This document shows, piece after piece, positions 1-10,365 of a stretch of 64,000 bases of DNA. The translations under genes were made by a program, and so were the position numbers. Numbering within the stretch: the stretch's first letter is position 1; the number at the start of each line of letters is the position of its first letter. The stretch is taken from IMG/VR virus record IMGVR_UViG_3300012041_000001; one strand, written 5' to 3'. This DNA is from an uncultured virus (IMG/VR IMGVR_UViG_3300012041_000001) (Duplodnaviria; Heunggongvirae; Uroviricota; Caudoviricetes). The notes beneath the pieces were generated by a model. That model saw only the letters and a list, made by a program, of their open reading frames with translations. It made no database searches and was not told the origin of the DNA.

Positions 1-2
1 AC

Positions 3-164
3 ATTAATCCCAAATGGCAAGAAGGAGATATAAGAGATAATGTATTCATCAAAGGAGAGAGTGATGACGATGATGACGATGATGATGATGAAGACTTTGA
101 CAAGCCTTCTTCCCAAATAGAGATACGAAAACTAACAGATGATGATATAAACGAATTGTTATGA
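3..164 (+). CDS. 5'-truncated acidic hypothetical protein (...GESDDDDDDDDDEDFDKP...DDDINELL*)
   Basis: Manual translation of frame 3 is open from the window edge to TGA at 162-164, overlapping the next ATG (ATGA). Confidence 0.7.
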   Translation: MNPKWQEGDIRDNVFIKGESDDDDDDDDDEDFDKPSSQIEIRKLTDDDINELL

Positions 165-391
165 AAAATCCAATATACGCTTTAACCATTAGTAAAGCCA
201 TAATAACATTAAATAAAGAATTCCCTGGTATACCAATTGGGGAACACATTGCTAATGCTCTACAAGGACTGGACATCTATAATATTATGGATAAGGATTT
301 AGCTGATATGCTGACTACCTATATTGATGATATTACATTAGATGATTTTTACAGACATAATGTAGAATCAGATTATCCATCAGATGAGTGA
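161..391 (+). CDS. hypothetical protein (76 aa)
   Basis: ORF track; overlaps both neighbouring genes. Confidence 0.75.
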   Translation: MKNPIYALTISKAIITLNKEFPGIPIGEHIANALQGLDIYNIMDKDLADMLTTYIDDITLDDFYRHNVESDYPSDE

Positions 392-575
392 TATAACCAG
401 ATATGAGTTGTTGCAAAGTATAGCGTCTAGAAAGGGAGAGATAGAACGCATAGAAACAGCTATATCTGAGTTACTGAAAAAAGTCAAACAATTAAATAAA
501 CAAAAGGAGGAACTCAGGAATCTAAATTTTCTTGATGCAATCCTTATAAACGAACTAGATAATGGCACTGACTAA
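384..575 (+). CDS. hypothetical coiled-coil protein (63 aa)
   Basis: ORF track; heptad-like IERIETAISELLKKVKQLNKQKEELRNL. Confidence 0.7.
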   Translation: MSDITRYELLQSIASRKGEIERIETAISELLKKVKQLNKQKEELRNLNFLDAILINELDNGTD

Positions 576-879
576 TAAGACATACATCAATACAGAGCTA
601 GATTGGGCTGAAAGCCAGCTTTCCTCATGGAAAGCATATGTTGATGCTAATCCTCTGCATACTCTTGCAGACAGAATTGAATGGAAACCCACAGCTAAGG
701 GAGGTGCGATTCCTATGGTTATTGCTTCCATAGAAGCGCAGGGTAAATTTGTCCAGGAAACTATGAAAAACTATCTGGCCCTACTAGAAGTAGTGGATAA
801 GCTGAGAGAAAAAGAGGGTGCTAAAAAAGAAGCTAGAGGACAAAGCACTGTTCCTCATAGAATGCAAACCCCAGAATAA
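562..879 (+). CDS. phage protein directly upstream of TerL (candidate terminase small subunit)
   Basis: 105 aa, helical, TAATG-coupled to terminase; function inferred from position only. Confidence 0.45.
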   Translation: MALTNKTYINTELDWAESQLSSWKAYVDANPLHTLADRIEWKPTAKGGAIPMVIASIEAQGKFVQETMKNYLALLEVVDKLREKEGAKKEARGQSTVPHRMQTPE

Positions 880-2909
880 TGGAAATTAAATCTACAGAGT
901 TCTTCAAGAACTTAAAGTCACTTCCCCCACCAGGAACCCAGGAATTTCAGGATCTTATCAAGTGGGAAGAAGAAAAAATTAAAGGTGGAGTCACTATAAA
1001 TGGCGTGTACATTTCTGGTTGGCTCTATTGGCATTTAAATCATTGGTGGATTAGAATTGATGATAAGGATGAGTATGGCAATGATGTCAGAATCACATCC
1101 CTGCCAGAACTTCGTGATAATGAGTGGATTAGAGCTGAGACGCTTGAGGCCTGCAAAAGGAATAAAGAAGGTTATATGGAGGTGGGTGGAAGACAAGGTG
1201 GAAAGTCTGAAATGGAGGCTTCCTACTTTGGAATGAATGCAACATTATTTGAGAATACCCAAAACGTAATTATATGTGGAAACGACTATGACCTTTCACT
1301 ACTGAAGGATAAGGTAGACTTTGGGATGAAAAATCTCTGGAAAGGCATTGCGATACCACGTTTGGATAAAACCTGGCGCTCCAACCAAATACGTTTAGGA
1401 TATAAAAAGCCTGATGGGGAGGATGCGATTTGGAGCTACATTGTTATTCGTAATGCTAAGGATGGTAATGTAACAGAAGTGGCAGCAGGTACCACAGCTA
1501 AGTCCTTAATAATGGATGAGGTAGGGAAATATCCTTTCGCTGCCACGTTTAAAGCTGGGGAACCAGCAATTAAAGGGTCCAATGGATGGAGAGCTGTACC
1601 AATCTTAGTAGGAACAGGGGGATCATTTGACAGAGGACAAGATGCAGAAAATTTCTTTTATAATCCACGAGCTAATAACTTTCATGCGATACTGGATCCT
1701 GTTAGCAATAGGGAAACTGGTTTATTTCTTTCTGGTGTATATCGTCAGGATTGCAAGAAAGAAATGAGTTTAGGAGATTGGCTGACTATTAATAGGGGTA
1801 TGACATTCCCCAAGAATGCAGACATTCGCAAGATTAAAATCAAGGCAGCAGATATTCCTAAAGCAACAGCTCTTATAGAAAAAGAGAGACTTGCAGCTAA
1901 ACTAAATCCAGATAGAACCATTTATCTGAAACAGATAATGTACTATCCTCTGACAGTAGAGGAATGTTTCTTGAATTCAGGAGAGAACATCTTCGATATT
2001 GAAGGAGCTAAGAGACAGAAATCCAGATTACAGGAAGCTGAACACAGTGGTACTCCAGTAATACTTCATGATGATGGAGATGGAGTTAAGCATTCCTTCA
2101 CAGACAAACAACCAATCACTAACTTCCCAGCTAAAAAAGATGACAACAAAGACGCACCTATTATTATATATGAATTTCCTATCGAAGATCCTCCATATGG
2201 ACTCTATGTTGCTGGAGTCGATCCATATAGACAAGGGAAAGCTGCGTATAGTAGTTCCCTTGGAGTCGTTTACATCTACAAAAGGATGCACTCCATTAGT
2301 GGAGAGAAATACCAGGATATGTTTGTGGCAAGTTATTGTGCAAGACCTGACAGAAAGGAGGTCTGGGAAGACCAGGCCAGACTCCTGATTAAGTTCTATA
2401 ATGCCAGAGCCCTGTGTGAAAACGATGAAATTTCTTTCATAGATTATATGATAGCCAAAGGTGACAGTCATTACTTGGAACGCCAGCCTATATGGCTTCA
2501 GGAAATTGTACCTAACACTACAGTTAAAAGAGATTTTGGTATTCATAGGTCAGCTGAGAAAATTAGATTATTTTTGCATGGATGCTTGAAGAAATACACT
2601 GAAGAAGTACTCATTAGGCCAATTACTGATGAGGATGGTACACAGCCTGAATTGAAAGGAATGACTAAAATATTTGATCCTCTCCTCCTAGATGAGATGA
2701 TTGCATATGATGACGAAGGAAACTTCGATAGAATAATAGCAGCTGAACTAGCTATAGCTCTCGCTATGAAACTCGATCCAATGATGGGAGCCATAGGTGG
2801 TGATGGAGATGTGAGAATAAGGGCTATGTATGATAAGGACAAACCTAAAAAGAAATTATTCACTGTAACAAAGAACATGTTTACAGCTAACAATAAATTA
2901 TTCAAGTAA
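879..2909 (+). CDS. terL: terminase large subunit
   Basis: Walker A GGRQGGKS, Walker B LIMDEVG, coupling motif GTGG, RNase H-like nuclease AGVDPY and GNFDRIIA. Confidence 0.95.
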   Translation: MEIKSTEFFKNLKSLPPPGTQEFQDLIKWEEEKIKGGVTINGVYISGWLYWHLNHWWIRIDDKDEYGNDVRITSLPELRDNEWIRAETLEACKRNKEGYMEVGGRQGGKSEMEASYFGMNATLFENTQNVIICGNDYDLSLLKDKVDFGMKNLWKGIAIPRLDKTWRSNQIRLGYKKPDGEDAIWSYIVIRNAKDGNVTEVAAGTTAKSLIMDEVGKYPFAATFKAGEPAIKGSNGWRAVPILVGTGGSFDRGQDAENFFYNPRANNFHAILDPVSNRETGLFLSGVYRQDCKKEMSLGDWLTINRGMTFPKNADIRKIKIKAADIPKATALIEKERLAAKLNPDRTIYLKQIMYYPLTVEECFLNSGENIFDIEGAKRQKSRLQEAEHSGTPVILHDDGDGVKHSFTDKQPITNFPAKKDDNKDAPIIIYEFPIEDPPYGLYVAGVDPYRQGKAAYSSSLGVVYIYKRMHSISGEKYQDMFVASYCARPDRKEVWEDQARLLIKFYNARALCENDEISFIDYMIAKGDSHYLERQPIWLQEIVPNTTVKRDFGIHRSAEKIRLFLHGCLKKYTEEVLIRPITDEDGTQPELKGMTKIFDPLLLDEMIAYDDEGNFDRIIAAELAIALAMKLDPMMGAIGGDGDVRIRAMYDKDKPKKKLFTVTKNMFTANNKLFK

Positions 2910-2910
2910 A

Positions 2911-5508
2911 ATGGCAATAATCAGATACACCAAGGATGCTACCATCAGGTATGCCTACCTTAATATATTCCCTGATCAGTTCAAAACTGAGAAGGAGAAA
3001 CAAGATGAGAGTTGGATCAAGAATACCATGGACTATTTTGCCAACAAAGCTTATGCAGAATATGTTAAGAATCGAGATACATTCGTAGGAAACTATGATT
3101 TAATGAAAGGATTACTCAGAATGGAAGATTTCTACCAGGAACCTGACGTGAAAAGTTTCACAGATTTACTTGAAAGGGATATGGAGTTACCTAAATATGT
3201 AAAGAACTATTCCATTGTAACCACTCCTATTAATGAACTGGCAGGAGAACTTACTAAAAGACCTGACACATATAGAATAAAAGCCTTCGATGATGACAGT
3301 AAGGCAGAAGAACTACAATACAAAACCCAAATACTAACAGACTACATAATGCAGGAGGCCAGAAAAGGCATTCTTGAAAAAGCTGCTATGGAAGGAATAG
3401 AAATTCCTGATGAGCAATTGGAAGAAATGACAATGCAGCAAGTACAGGAAGAACTCACAGATTATACCTCCATGGCAGAGAAATGGGCCAATCATATCCT
3501 TACGTGCACAAAAGCAGATTTCAACTTAAAAGAAAAATCAGAGGATGCATTTCGAGACCTTATGATTTCCAATAGACAGTATTATCACATCTATGAGGAT
3601 AATAGCAAAGTGGGATATAACATAGAGGTATCAAATCCAAAGAATACATGGTGGCTTTCTACTCCAGATTTAAAATGGACCAGTGATCCCTCAGGGCGTG
3701 CTCATGGTGCATATGCTGCAGGCACAGTCCAGGTCATGGAGCTATCTGAAATCATAGAAAGTATCCCAGATATCACTAAGGAAGAAATTGATCACCTGCG
3801 CTCTTCTCTCCAGGACTATGGACTCATAAACGTAAGAGAATCCAATTTAGGTAATCCCAATGCTGTTGAAGGCCAGGATAGTATAATGTATGATACATAT
3901 GATCCCCTCGTTCTTCAAACCAGAATGTTGATTGAATCAGAAATGAAAGAGAACAATGATGGGCTAAGAGACTTCTTAGGACTAACATCAAACGTCTCTT
4001 CTTTTGGTTATAAATATGTAGTGGTAAGAGGATACTGGATTGGAAAGAAAAAAATTGGTAAGTTAATATATATGGATGAGATGGATCAGCCACAATCTAT
4101 ATTAGTTGATGAGCATTATAAATCTGGTACGCATCCTGCTCAGATTTCTTTAGAATGGGGATGGATCAATGAATGGATGCAGGGAACTAAAGTAGGGCCA
4201 GACATCTATTTTGTTAAACCTTTCAAACTTTTAAATTATTGTCCTATCATAGGATTGGTACATGAGATTAAAAATACAGAGTCAAGATCCTTAGTGGACA
4301 TGATGAAACCTTTCCAGGTTATATATAATGTATGTATGAACCAACTTTTTGAATTACTAAATAAAGAGGTAGGTAAAGTGCAACTGATGTCATTACGACA
4401 TATTCCTATTCCTAAGGATGGAGATGCACAGGATGCATTAGACATCTGGGAAATGGAAGCGAGAAACAGGGGAGTAGTATTCGTGGATGACAGTCCAGAA
4501 AATTTAAAGGCTCCATCAAGTTTCAATCAATTCACAGCATTAGATCTTACCAGAACACAGGAGATGCAGACCAGGTATAATCTGGCTGTACAGATTAAGA
4601 ATGAATGCTGGGAATTAGTGGGAATGTCCAAACAGAGAATGGGTAACGTTACAGCCTCAGAGAGCGCCACAGGAACTAATACAGCAGTTCAACAATCTTA
4701 TTCGCAGACAGAACCTCTGTTCGTAGCACACGAATATACACTAGGTCATTTATATCAGGCCATCATAGATGCTTCTCAATATATAGAATGTTCTAAACCA
4801 GAAAGCACACTTTCTTATGTTACAGGAGAAGGAGAAGCTGCATTCATACAAGTTAATGGTAATGATTTGAAATTCAGAGACCTTAAAGTGTTTGCTACCA
4901 ATAGACCTGAGGATACTCAAATGTTTAATGAGATTCGCCTTTTAGCACAATCTATTATCCAAAATGGTGGTAGTGTGTATGATATTATAGAATTGTACTC
5001 TACTAAATCAATGAGAGCTATGAAGAAAACCTTCAAAGATCTTAGAGATAAACAAGATGCTATGCAACAACAGCAAATGGCTACTCAACAGCAACAAGTT
5101 GAACAACAAGGTCAAATTGCTCAGGCTCAAATGCAGCAGGCTGCTCAGATGAAACAAATGGAGATGGAAAATCAAAACCATCAAAATGAACTTGATCGTA
5201 TCAACAAAAAAGAGATTGCACTTTTACAAGCGCTTGGCAGAAACCCAGAAGCCACAGCAGACACAGATAAATCTGGAGTTGCTGATGCATTGGAAATGAC
5301 TAATTTGGAGGCTGAAGAAAGAAGAGCTAACAAAGATCATGAGATTCAGATGACTGATATTCAATCTAAAACCAGTCTTGGTTTAAGTAAACTTGATGTT
5401 GACAGAGAAAAGCTACAGGTTGACAGAGAAAACATGGCAAATGATTTGCAGATAGCAAAAATAAATGCCAAGAACAAACCAAGTGGTGGTAACAAACCTA
5501 AAAAATAA
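2911..5508 (+). CDS. portal protein
   Basis: 865 aa directly after TerL; crAss-like size; Gln-rich coiled-coil C-terminus; SLVDMMKPFQVIYN segment typical of these portals. Confidence 0.88.
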   Translation: MAIIRYTKDATIRYAYLNIFPDQFKTEKEKQDESWIKNTMDYFANKAYAEYVKNRDTFVGNYDLMKGLLRMEDFYQEPDVKSFTDLLERDMELPKYVKNYSIVTTPINELAGELTKRPDTYRIKAFDDDSKAEELQYKTQILTDYIMQEARKGILEKAAMEGIEIPDEQLEEMTMQQVQEELTDYTSMAEKWANHILTCTKADFNLKEKSEDAFRDLMISNRQYYHIYEDNSKVGYNIEVSNPKNTWWLSTPDLKWTSDPSGRAHGAYAAGTVQVMELSEIIESIPDITKEEIDHLRSSLQDYGLINVRESNLGNPNAVEGQDSIMYDTYDPLVLQTRMLIESEMKENNDGLRDFLGLTSNVSSFGYKYVVVRGYWIGKKKIGKLIYMDEMDQPQSILVDEHYKSGTHPAQISLEWGWINEWMQGTKVGPDIYFVKPFKLLNYCPIIGLVHEIKNTESRSLVDMMKPFQVIYNVCMNQLFELLNKEVGKVQLMSLRHIPIPKDGDAQDALDIWEMEARNRGVVFVDDSPENLKAPSSFNQFTALDLTRTQEMQTRYNLAVQIKNECWELVGMSKQRMGNVTASESATGTNTAVQQSYSQTEPLFVAHEYTLGHLYQAIIDASQYIECSKPESTLSYVTGEGEAAFIQVNGNDLKFRDLKVFATNRPEDTQMFNEIRLLAQSIIQNGGSVYDIIELYSTKSMRAMKKTFKDLRDKQDAMQQQQMATQQQQVEQQGQIAQAQMQQAAQMKQMEMENQNHQNELDRINKKEIALLQALGRNPEATADTDKSGVADALEMTNLEAEERRANKDHEIQMTDIQSKTSLGLSKLDVDREKLQVDRENMANDLQIAKINAKNKPSGGNKPKK

Positions 5509-5581
5509 ATCAATTTAATTAGAGGTGAAAAATATTAATGCTATATTATCGTAAAAATTACACTAATTTGAACGATTATGC

Positions 5582-5612
5582 TTTGTTTCTATCAAACCTC
5601 TTCATAATTTTA
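5582..5612 (+). promoter_or_regulatory. putative Bacteroidota sigma-A-type promoter for the capsid operon
   Basis: TTTG (5582-5585), 19 nt spacer, TAATTTTA (5605-5612; one mismatch to TAnnTTTG) in a 130-bp intergenic gap. Confidence 0.45.
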
Positions 5613-5640
5613 CTTAAGAAACCAATAATAAACTACATAT

Positions 5641-6867
5641 ATGGACCCAATTGAAAACAATAGCCAACCATTTGGTGACTTTGGAATAAAAGACACAATG
5701 GAAATGGGACTAGGAAATGCTGAGTTATTAAGGGATTTACTAGGACCAGATACTGCAACAGAAAATCCTGATGACATAACTCCTATAATTAAGGATGCTA
5801 ATGATCCTCCTCCTGCAGATCCTCCAAAACCAAAAGGTAAAGAGGTAGCTCCACCTAAAGATGGTGAAGCTCCTGAAGTTAAAAATACAATAGGTGATTT
5901 CTTAGGCAATAATGCTGACGATGAAGAGGACGATTATACTCCACCTCCTACAAGAGACGAGGATATTCCACCAGCATCAAATCAGTTTTCTGCACTATCA
6001 AATGATTTATTTAAATTAGGTGTCTTCAATAGAGAGGAAGACGAAGAAGACGTTGTTATTAACACTCCTGAAGATTTCTTGCAGAGATTCACTGAAGAGA
6101 AAAGAAGAGGAGCTATTGAAATGGTGAATACATTCATTGGACAGTTTGGAGAAGATTATCAGCAAGCTTTTGATGCCATATATGTGAAAGGGGTAGATCC
6201 TAGAGACTACTTTACAGTTTATAATGAAGCTGTAAATTACGCAGAAATGGATTTAACTCTAGAGGAAAATCAAGAGGCAGTGATGAAAAGAGCATTAACT
6301 GACCAAGGTTTTGAAAGAGAAGACATAGATACAGAGATTGAAAGATTGAGAAACTATGGAGATCTTGAGGTTGTAGCCACAAGAAACCATAAAGTATTAG
6401 TTAAGAAAGATGCAATCAAGATGCAGGAAATGGAGCAAAAAGCTCAGTATGAACTTGCACAGAAAGCGAACATCAGAAATCAATACATCACAAACGTTCA
6501 AACTGTTATACAAGAAAAACTAAAAGCAAAAGAATTCGATGGTATTCCAGTTAATCCAAAAATAGCTGGCGAAGTACAAGAGTTCTTATTAGTTGACAAG
6601 TATAAAACTGCATCAGGAGAATTGCTAACAGATTTTGACAAAGCGATTTTGGATTTAAAACGTCCTGAGAATCACGCAAACAAAGTTAAAATTGCTTTCC
6701 TCTTGAAATTATTAGAGAAAGATCCAACTCTTTCTACAATACAAAAAGCAGGTGTAACTAAGAAAACTGATCAATTATTTAGTGAAGTTGCCAGACAAGT
6801 AAGCAAGGATAAAACCCCTGCAGCAGAAAGGGCAGCCAATGCTAAACCAGGACAATGGTTCTTATAA
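5641..6867 (+). CDS. putative capsid scaffolding/assembly protein
   Basis: Acidic, Pro-rich disordered N-terminus and helical C-terminus; lies between portal and MCP. Confidence 0.65.
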   Translation: MDPIENNSQPFGDFGIKDTMEMGLGNAELLRDLLGPDTATENPDDITPIIKDANDPPPADPPKPKGKEVAPPKDGEAPEVKNTIGDFLGNNADDEEDDYTPPPTRDEDIPPASNQFSALSNDLFKLGVFNREEDEEDVVINTPEDFLQRFTEEKRRGAIEMVNTFIGQFGEDYQQAFDAIYVKGVDPRDYFTVYNEAVNYAEMDLTLEENQEAVMKRALTDQGFEREDIDTEIERLRNYGDLEVVATRNHKVLVKKDAIKMQEMEQKAQYELAQKANIRNQYITNVQTVIQEKLKAKEFDGIPVNPKIAGEVQEFLLVDKYKTASGELLTDFDKAILDLKRPENHANKVKIAFLLKLLEKDPTLSTIQKAGVTKKTDQLFSEVARQVSKDKTPAAERAANAKPGQWFL

Positions 6868-6896
6868 CTTAGTAATAACAATAAAAAGACAATAAA

Positions 6897-8462
6897 ATGA
6901 GTATTCAAACAATCCCAGGATTAGTTGGGTTTACCTACGCCAGGGTGGCGTCAATGGACAAGCGTGCTGTAGGTAAGTTAACAGACTCCAATCACTTGGA
7001 ATCCTTCCACTCCACAGAGCCAGCAGACTATGACAAGAAGATCATTAGTCTCTACACCCAGAGTTCGCTGTATAGCAACGACTTTCTGGACATGATTAAC
7101 AAAAGCACCCCATTCTACATCGACAATAATAGCGATGCTTGGAAATGGGATATTGCAGTTCCCTACAAATTCCCAAAAATTATTGACATTCCTGTATCTC
7201 TTACCAATATTCTTACAGCTACTGGTAAAGCTGGTATTGATGGACAAGAATTCCAATTGGTAATAGATACCAACGAGTTTTCTAAAAATGCCATCATATC
7301 TATTGGTACTCGTCAATATGGACCTAGATTCTATGTAATCAAAGATCCTCTTCCTTGGAACAATGGATACTTATATTCTTTCACTTTAGTTTCTCCAAAT
7401 CCAAAAGTGGACTTTGTGGATCCTAAGTTCTTGAAAATTGGTATTGACTGTGAATTGATTGATGCTGCTATTGGAGAATTTGATCAAGACTTATTAGGCC
7501 TTCCTAGATTGGGTGAAAAAATCACAATGTTTGAATCTTTGAGTTCAGGCTATGGTTTTGAACACAAAATCACAGAATGGGCTGATGACAGAATGATGAA
7601 AGATGCTGATGGCAAATCATTAGATATCTTGGTTTACGCTCCACAAAGACGTAACCAATTACCTTTAACTCGTAACGATGTTAAATGGGAGCCTTTCATC
7701 GAATTTATGATGAGAAAATCCATGCTGGAATTGAAAGTTAAACGTATGATCTGGTCTCAACCAGGTACTGTTAAAACTAATGGTTCCAGACAGGAAGTTA
7801 AACGTACTTCTGCTGGTGTATACTACAGAATGCGTAACAATGGTAACTTAGTTCAGTACAACAGAGGTGAGTTCAATGCCAACCTTTTACGTTCTGTGTT
7901 TGGAGACTTGTTCTACAGACGTGTGGATGTGAAAGACAGACGTGTCAAAATGTATACCAATGAAGCTGGTTTTGACGTCTTCCAACAAGCTTTAAAAACA
8001 GATGCTCTTAATTCTGGTCTTACATTCGTTGCAGATTCTGGAAACAGATATTTACAAGGTGAAGGACAACATATCACTTACAATTTTGCGTTCGATTCAA
8101 TGGTTACCAGAGAAACTGGTAAAATTGAATTAATCCACTTGAAAGAGTTGGATTTACCACAAACTAACTTAGAGTTTGGACAAAACAAAAAATCAACACC
8201 AGTTTTCTTCGTGTTTGATGTTTCTCCAATGTCTGATGGTTCAATGGTTAACAATATTCGTGAGGTGAGAATGAAAGGTGCACCTTCTATGACATGGGGA
8301 TATATTGATGGTACTCGTCATCACTTAGGCTTTGCGAAGTCTCAAGGTATGAGTTCAGCAAATAAATTTCCAGGTTATGAGTTATGGATGAAAGATAGAT
8401 GTGATATCTTTATTGAAGACCTGTCTAGAACAGTGTTGATTGAAGAAATCCCACAATTCTAA
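6897..8462 (+). CDS. major capsid protein
   Basis: 521 aa; position after portal and scaffold; codon usage suggesting high expression (CGT/AAC/TTC); followed by a terminator-like hairpin. Confidence 0.88.
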   Translation: MSIQTIPGLVGFTYARVASMDKRAVGKLTDSNHLESFHSTEPADYDKKIISLYTQSSLYSNDFLDMINKSTPFYIDNNSDAWKWDIAVPYKFPKIIDIPVSLTNILTATGKAGIDGQEFQLVIDTNEFSKNAIISIGTRQYGPRFYVIKDPLPWNNGYLYSFTLVSPNPKVDFVDPKFLKIGIDCELIDAAIGEFDQDLLGLPRLGEKITMFESLSSGYGFEHKITEWADDRMMKDADGKSLDILVYAPQRRNQLPLTRNDVKWEPFIEFMMRKSMLELKVKRMIWSQPGTVKTNGSRQEVKRTSAGVYYRMRNNGNLVQYNRGEFNANLLRSVFGDLFYRRVDVKDRRVKMYTNEAGFDVFQQALKTDALNSGLTFVADSGNRYLQGEGQHITYNFAFDSMVTRETGKIELIHLKELDLPQTNLEFGQNKKSTPVFFVFDVSPMSDGSMVNNIREVRMKGAPSMTWGYIDGTRHHLGFAKSQGMSSANKFPGYELWMKDRCDIFIEDLSRTVLIEEIPQF

Positions 8463-8487
8463 GATAACTAAAGTTTCGAGATTGATT

Positions 8488-8528
8488 CCCCCACGCACCA
8501 CTCTCCCACCAGTGGGGGTTTCTTTCTC
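8488..8528 (+). terminator. putative intrinsic terminator after MCP
   Basis: CCCCCAC (8488-8494) pairs with GTGGGGG (8512-8518), followed by TTTCTTTCT; the loop is long. Confidence 0.55.
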
Positions 8529-8534
8529 ACTTAT

Positions 8535-8607
8535 CGCATCGTAGAGCAGCAGGTAGCTCGCTAGAGTCATAATCTAGAGGCCATGGGTTCGATCCCCATC
8601 GATGCAA
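8535..8607 (+). tRNA. tRNA-Met(CAT), initiator-like; CCA not encoded
   Basis: Cloverleaf: acceptor CGCATCG/CGATGCA (C1:A72 mismatch), D stem GAGC/GCTC, anticodon stem CTAGA/TCTAG with loop GT-CAT-AA, T stem ATGGG/CCCAT with loop TTCGATC, discriminator A, then CTA. Confidence 0.93.
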
Positions 8608-8633
8608 CTAAACCAAAATAAAACTAACTAAAT

Positions 8634-9602
8634 ATGGGAAAAGTAGGCAAAATAGCTGTTATCAAAAAAGAATATAGCAGCGCAGATATGCAAACAATGC
8701 AAGGAGGACTAGCTCAGAAGAATATGACTAGGATTCCAGGTACAGGGGTATTTAAATTTCCTTATAAGGAGATTGATGGAAAATATCGTACTGGATTGGA
8801 TCCTGATGCAGCATACATCAGAAGAATTCAAGATGATCTGGAAAGAGAACTTGAAATTGAGAAAGTAACAGCTACTAAAGAAAGACTGCAAAGAGAATTA
8901 GGCGACATTGATTTGGGACCACGTTCTTCTTTTTGGAACTATGGTCTTGCTCTAAGTGCAGATGATACCAATCATATTCAGCCAGTAAAGCTGATTGATG
9001 GTGATAACTATTTTGATTTGTCTATTCCCTATCAGGAAATAGCTTTTTCTTGGTTAAGAGTACACCCTACCATTGCATCCAGCCATCAGGCTTGGGAGCG
9101 TGGAGAATATCCTGCAGATACACAATTTTATGTGTGTGATGAGGAAATTGAAAGTGCTGTACTGTACAAGAAAAAACAACTTATCAATGGAGCTATCGTT
9201 AAATTTCAAGATATGTCAATAGAGAAAAAACGTAAAGTAGCCAGATTATTAGGACTTCCAGTAACAGAAGATACAAAAGAAGAAATAGTATATAATCAGA
9301 TTGATAACCTATTGAAAAAAACAGAGTTTGATAAAGGCAAGTATGCTGGATTGAATCCTGTAGAAGTATTCAATAGATTTGCTGATATGAAAGAAGACTT
9401 ACTCCATATTAGAGATTTGGTTAAACAAGCAATTGCTCATTCCATCTATCGTGTAAAACCTAATGGTCACATATATGAAGGGGAGTTTGAGATCTCAACT
9501 GATGAGGATGAATTAGTAAAATTCCTTATAGATGATGAACACCAAGATGATTTGCTTGTATTGGAAGGAAAATTAAAAACTAAGAAGCTTGCTTCTGTAT
9601 AA
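8634..9602 (+). CDS. conserved crAss-like post-MCP protein (gene 75-like)
   Basis: 322 aa; syntenic position after MCP. Confidence 0.6.
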   Translation: MGKVGKIAVIKKEYSSADMQTMQGGLAQKNMTRIPGTGVFKFPYKEIDGKYRTGLDPDAAYIRRIQDDLERELEIEKVTATKERLQRELGDIDLGPRSSFWNYGLALSADDTNHIQPVKLIDGDNYFDLSIPYQEIAFSWLRVHPTIASSHQAWERGEYPADTQFYVCDEEIESAVLYKKKQLINGAIVKFQDMSIEKKRKVARLLGLPVTEDTKEEIVYNQIDNLLKKTEFDKGKYAGLNPVEVFNRFADMKEDLLHIRDLVKQAIAHSIYRVKPNGHIYEGEFEISTDEDELVKFLIDDEHQDDLLVLEGKLKTKKLASV

Positions 9603-9612
9603 AAGATAAGAC

Positions 9613-10344
9613 ATGATACCAGTAGATAGTTTATTGTATAAGATTGATCAGAAACTAAATAAATTATCAACTAATAGCCATCAACAAATACCTTTAGAGG
9701 ATAAAATTTTAGCCTTGAATGAGGCTCAGATTAAATTGATAAAGCAAAAAGTTGATGGATTTAGTACAACATCTGGTTTAGGTCTGGATTCTTTTAAGAA
9801 ACGATATGAAGATTTGCAAAGACTTACTGTTACTTATGAGGCAGGTAAACTACCTCTAAAGTTAGCAGATCCAATTATAAACAGATGGGAAGCAGATTTA
9901 AGTGCTTTGAGACCTGGATATATGTTTTATGAAGATTCTTATATCTTAGCAGATAAAGGACAGTGTAAAGACAGAAAGATTTGGATTAACAAGGATTTAG
10001 CAAGACATGGTGATTTATCGTTCTTATTTAATAATGATCATTACAAACCTTCATTTGAATATCAAGAGACATTTAATTGGATTTCTTCAGATGAAATTAG
10101 TATCTTTACAGATGGAACCTTTACACCAAAGGACATCTACATAATGTACATGAGATATCCCATATTTATTGACAAAGAAGGATATTTCAAATTTGATGGA
10201 GAACCATCAACAAACGTAGATTGTGAACTAGAACTGTACCTGGAGGATGAACTGTTGGACTTGACAGTTCAGACTCTAGCGACATACATAGAGAATCAAT
10301 CAGCAATACAGACTTCTCAAATGAGAATTCAAACAAATGAGTAA
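9613..10344 (+). CDS. putative tail ring/adaptor protein (crAss gene 74-like)
   Basis: 243 aa; N-terminal LNEAQ helix and C-terminal YMRYP...CEL pattern typical of head-tail ring proteins; synteny. Confidence 0.65.
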   Translation: MIPVDSLLYKIDQKLNKLSTNSHQQIPLEDKILALNEAQIKLIKQKVDGFSTTSGLGLDSFKKRYEDLQRLTVTYEAGKLPLKLADPIINRWEADLSALRPGYMFYEDSYILADKGQCKDRKIWINKDLARHGDLSFLFNNDHYKPSFEYQETFNWISSDEISIFTDGTFTPKDIYIMYMRYPIFIDKEGYFKFDGEPSTNVDCELELYLEDELLDLTVQTLATYIENQSAIQTSQMRIQTNE

Positions 10345-10365
10345 ACAATTTAAATTTTAAATAAA

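Noticed and set aside
5257..5290. EF-hand-like DTDKSGVAD in the portal tail (and DTNKNGVPD in the 32032 gene)
   Set aside because: Single short motifs; too weak to support a calcium-binding claim without structure prediction.
879..8462. Introns or inteins in terminase or capsid genes
   Set aside because: ORFs are continuous and of ordinary size; no intein splice or homing-endonuclease motifs seen.
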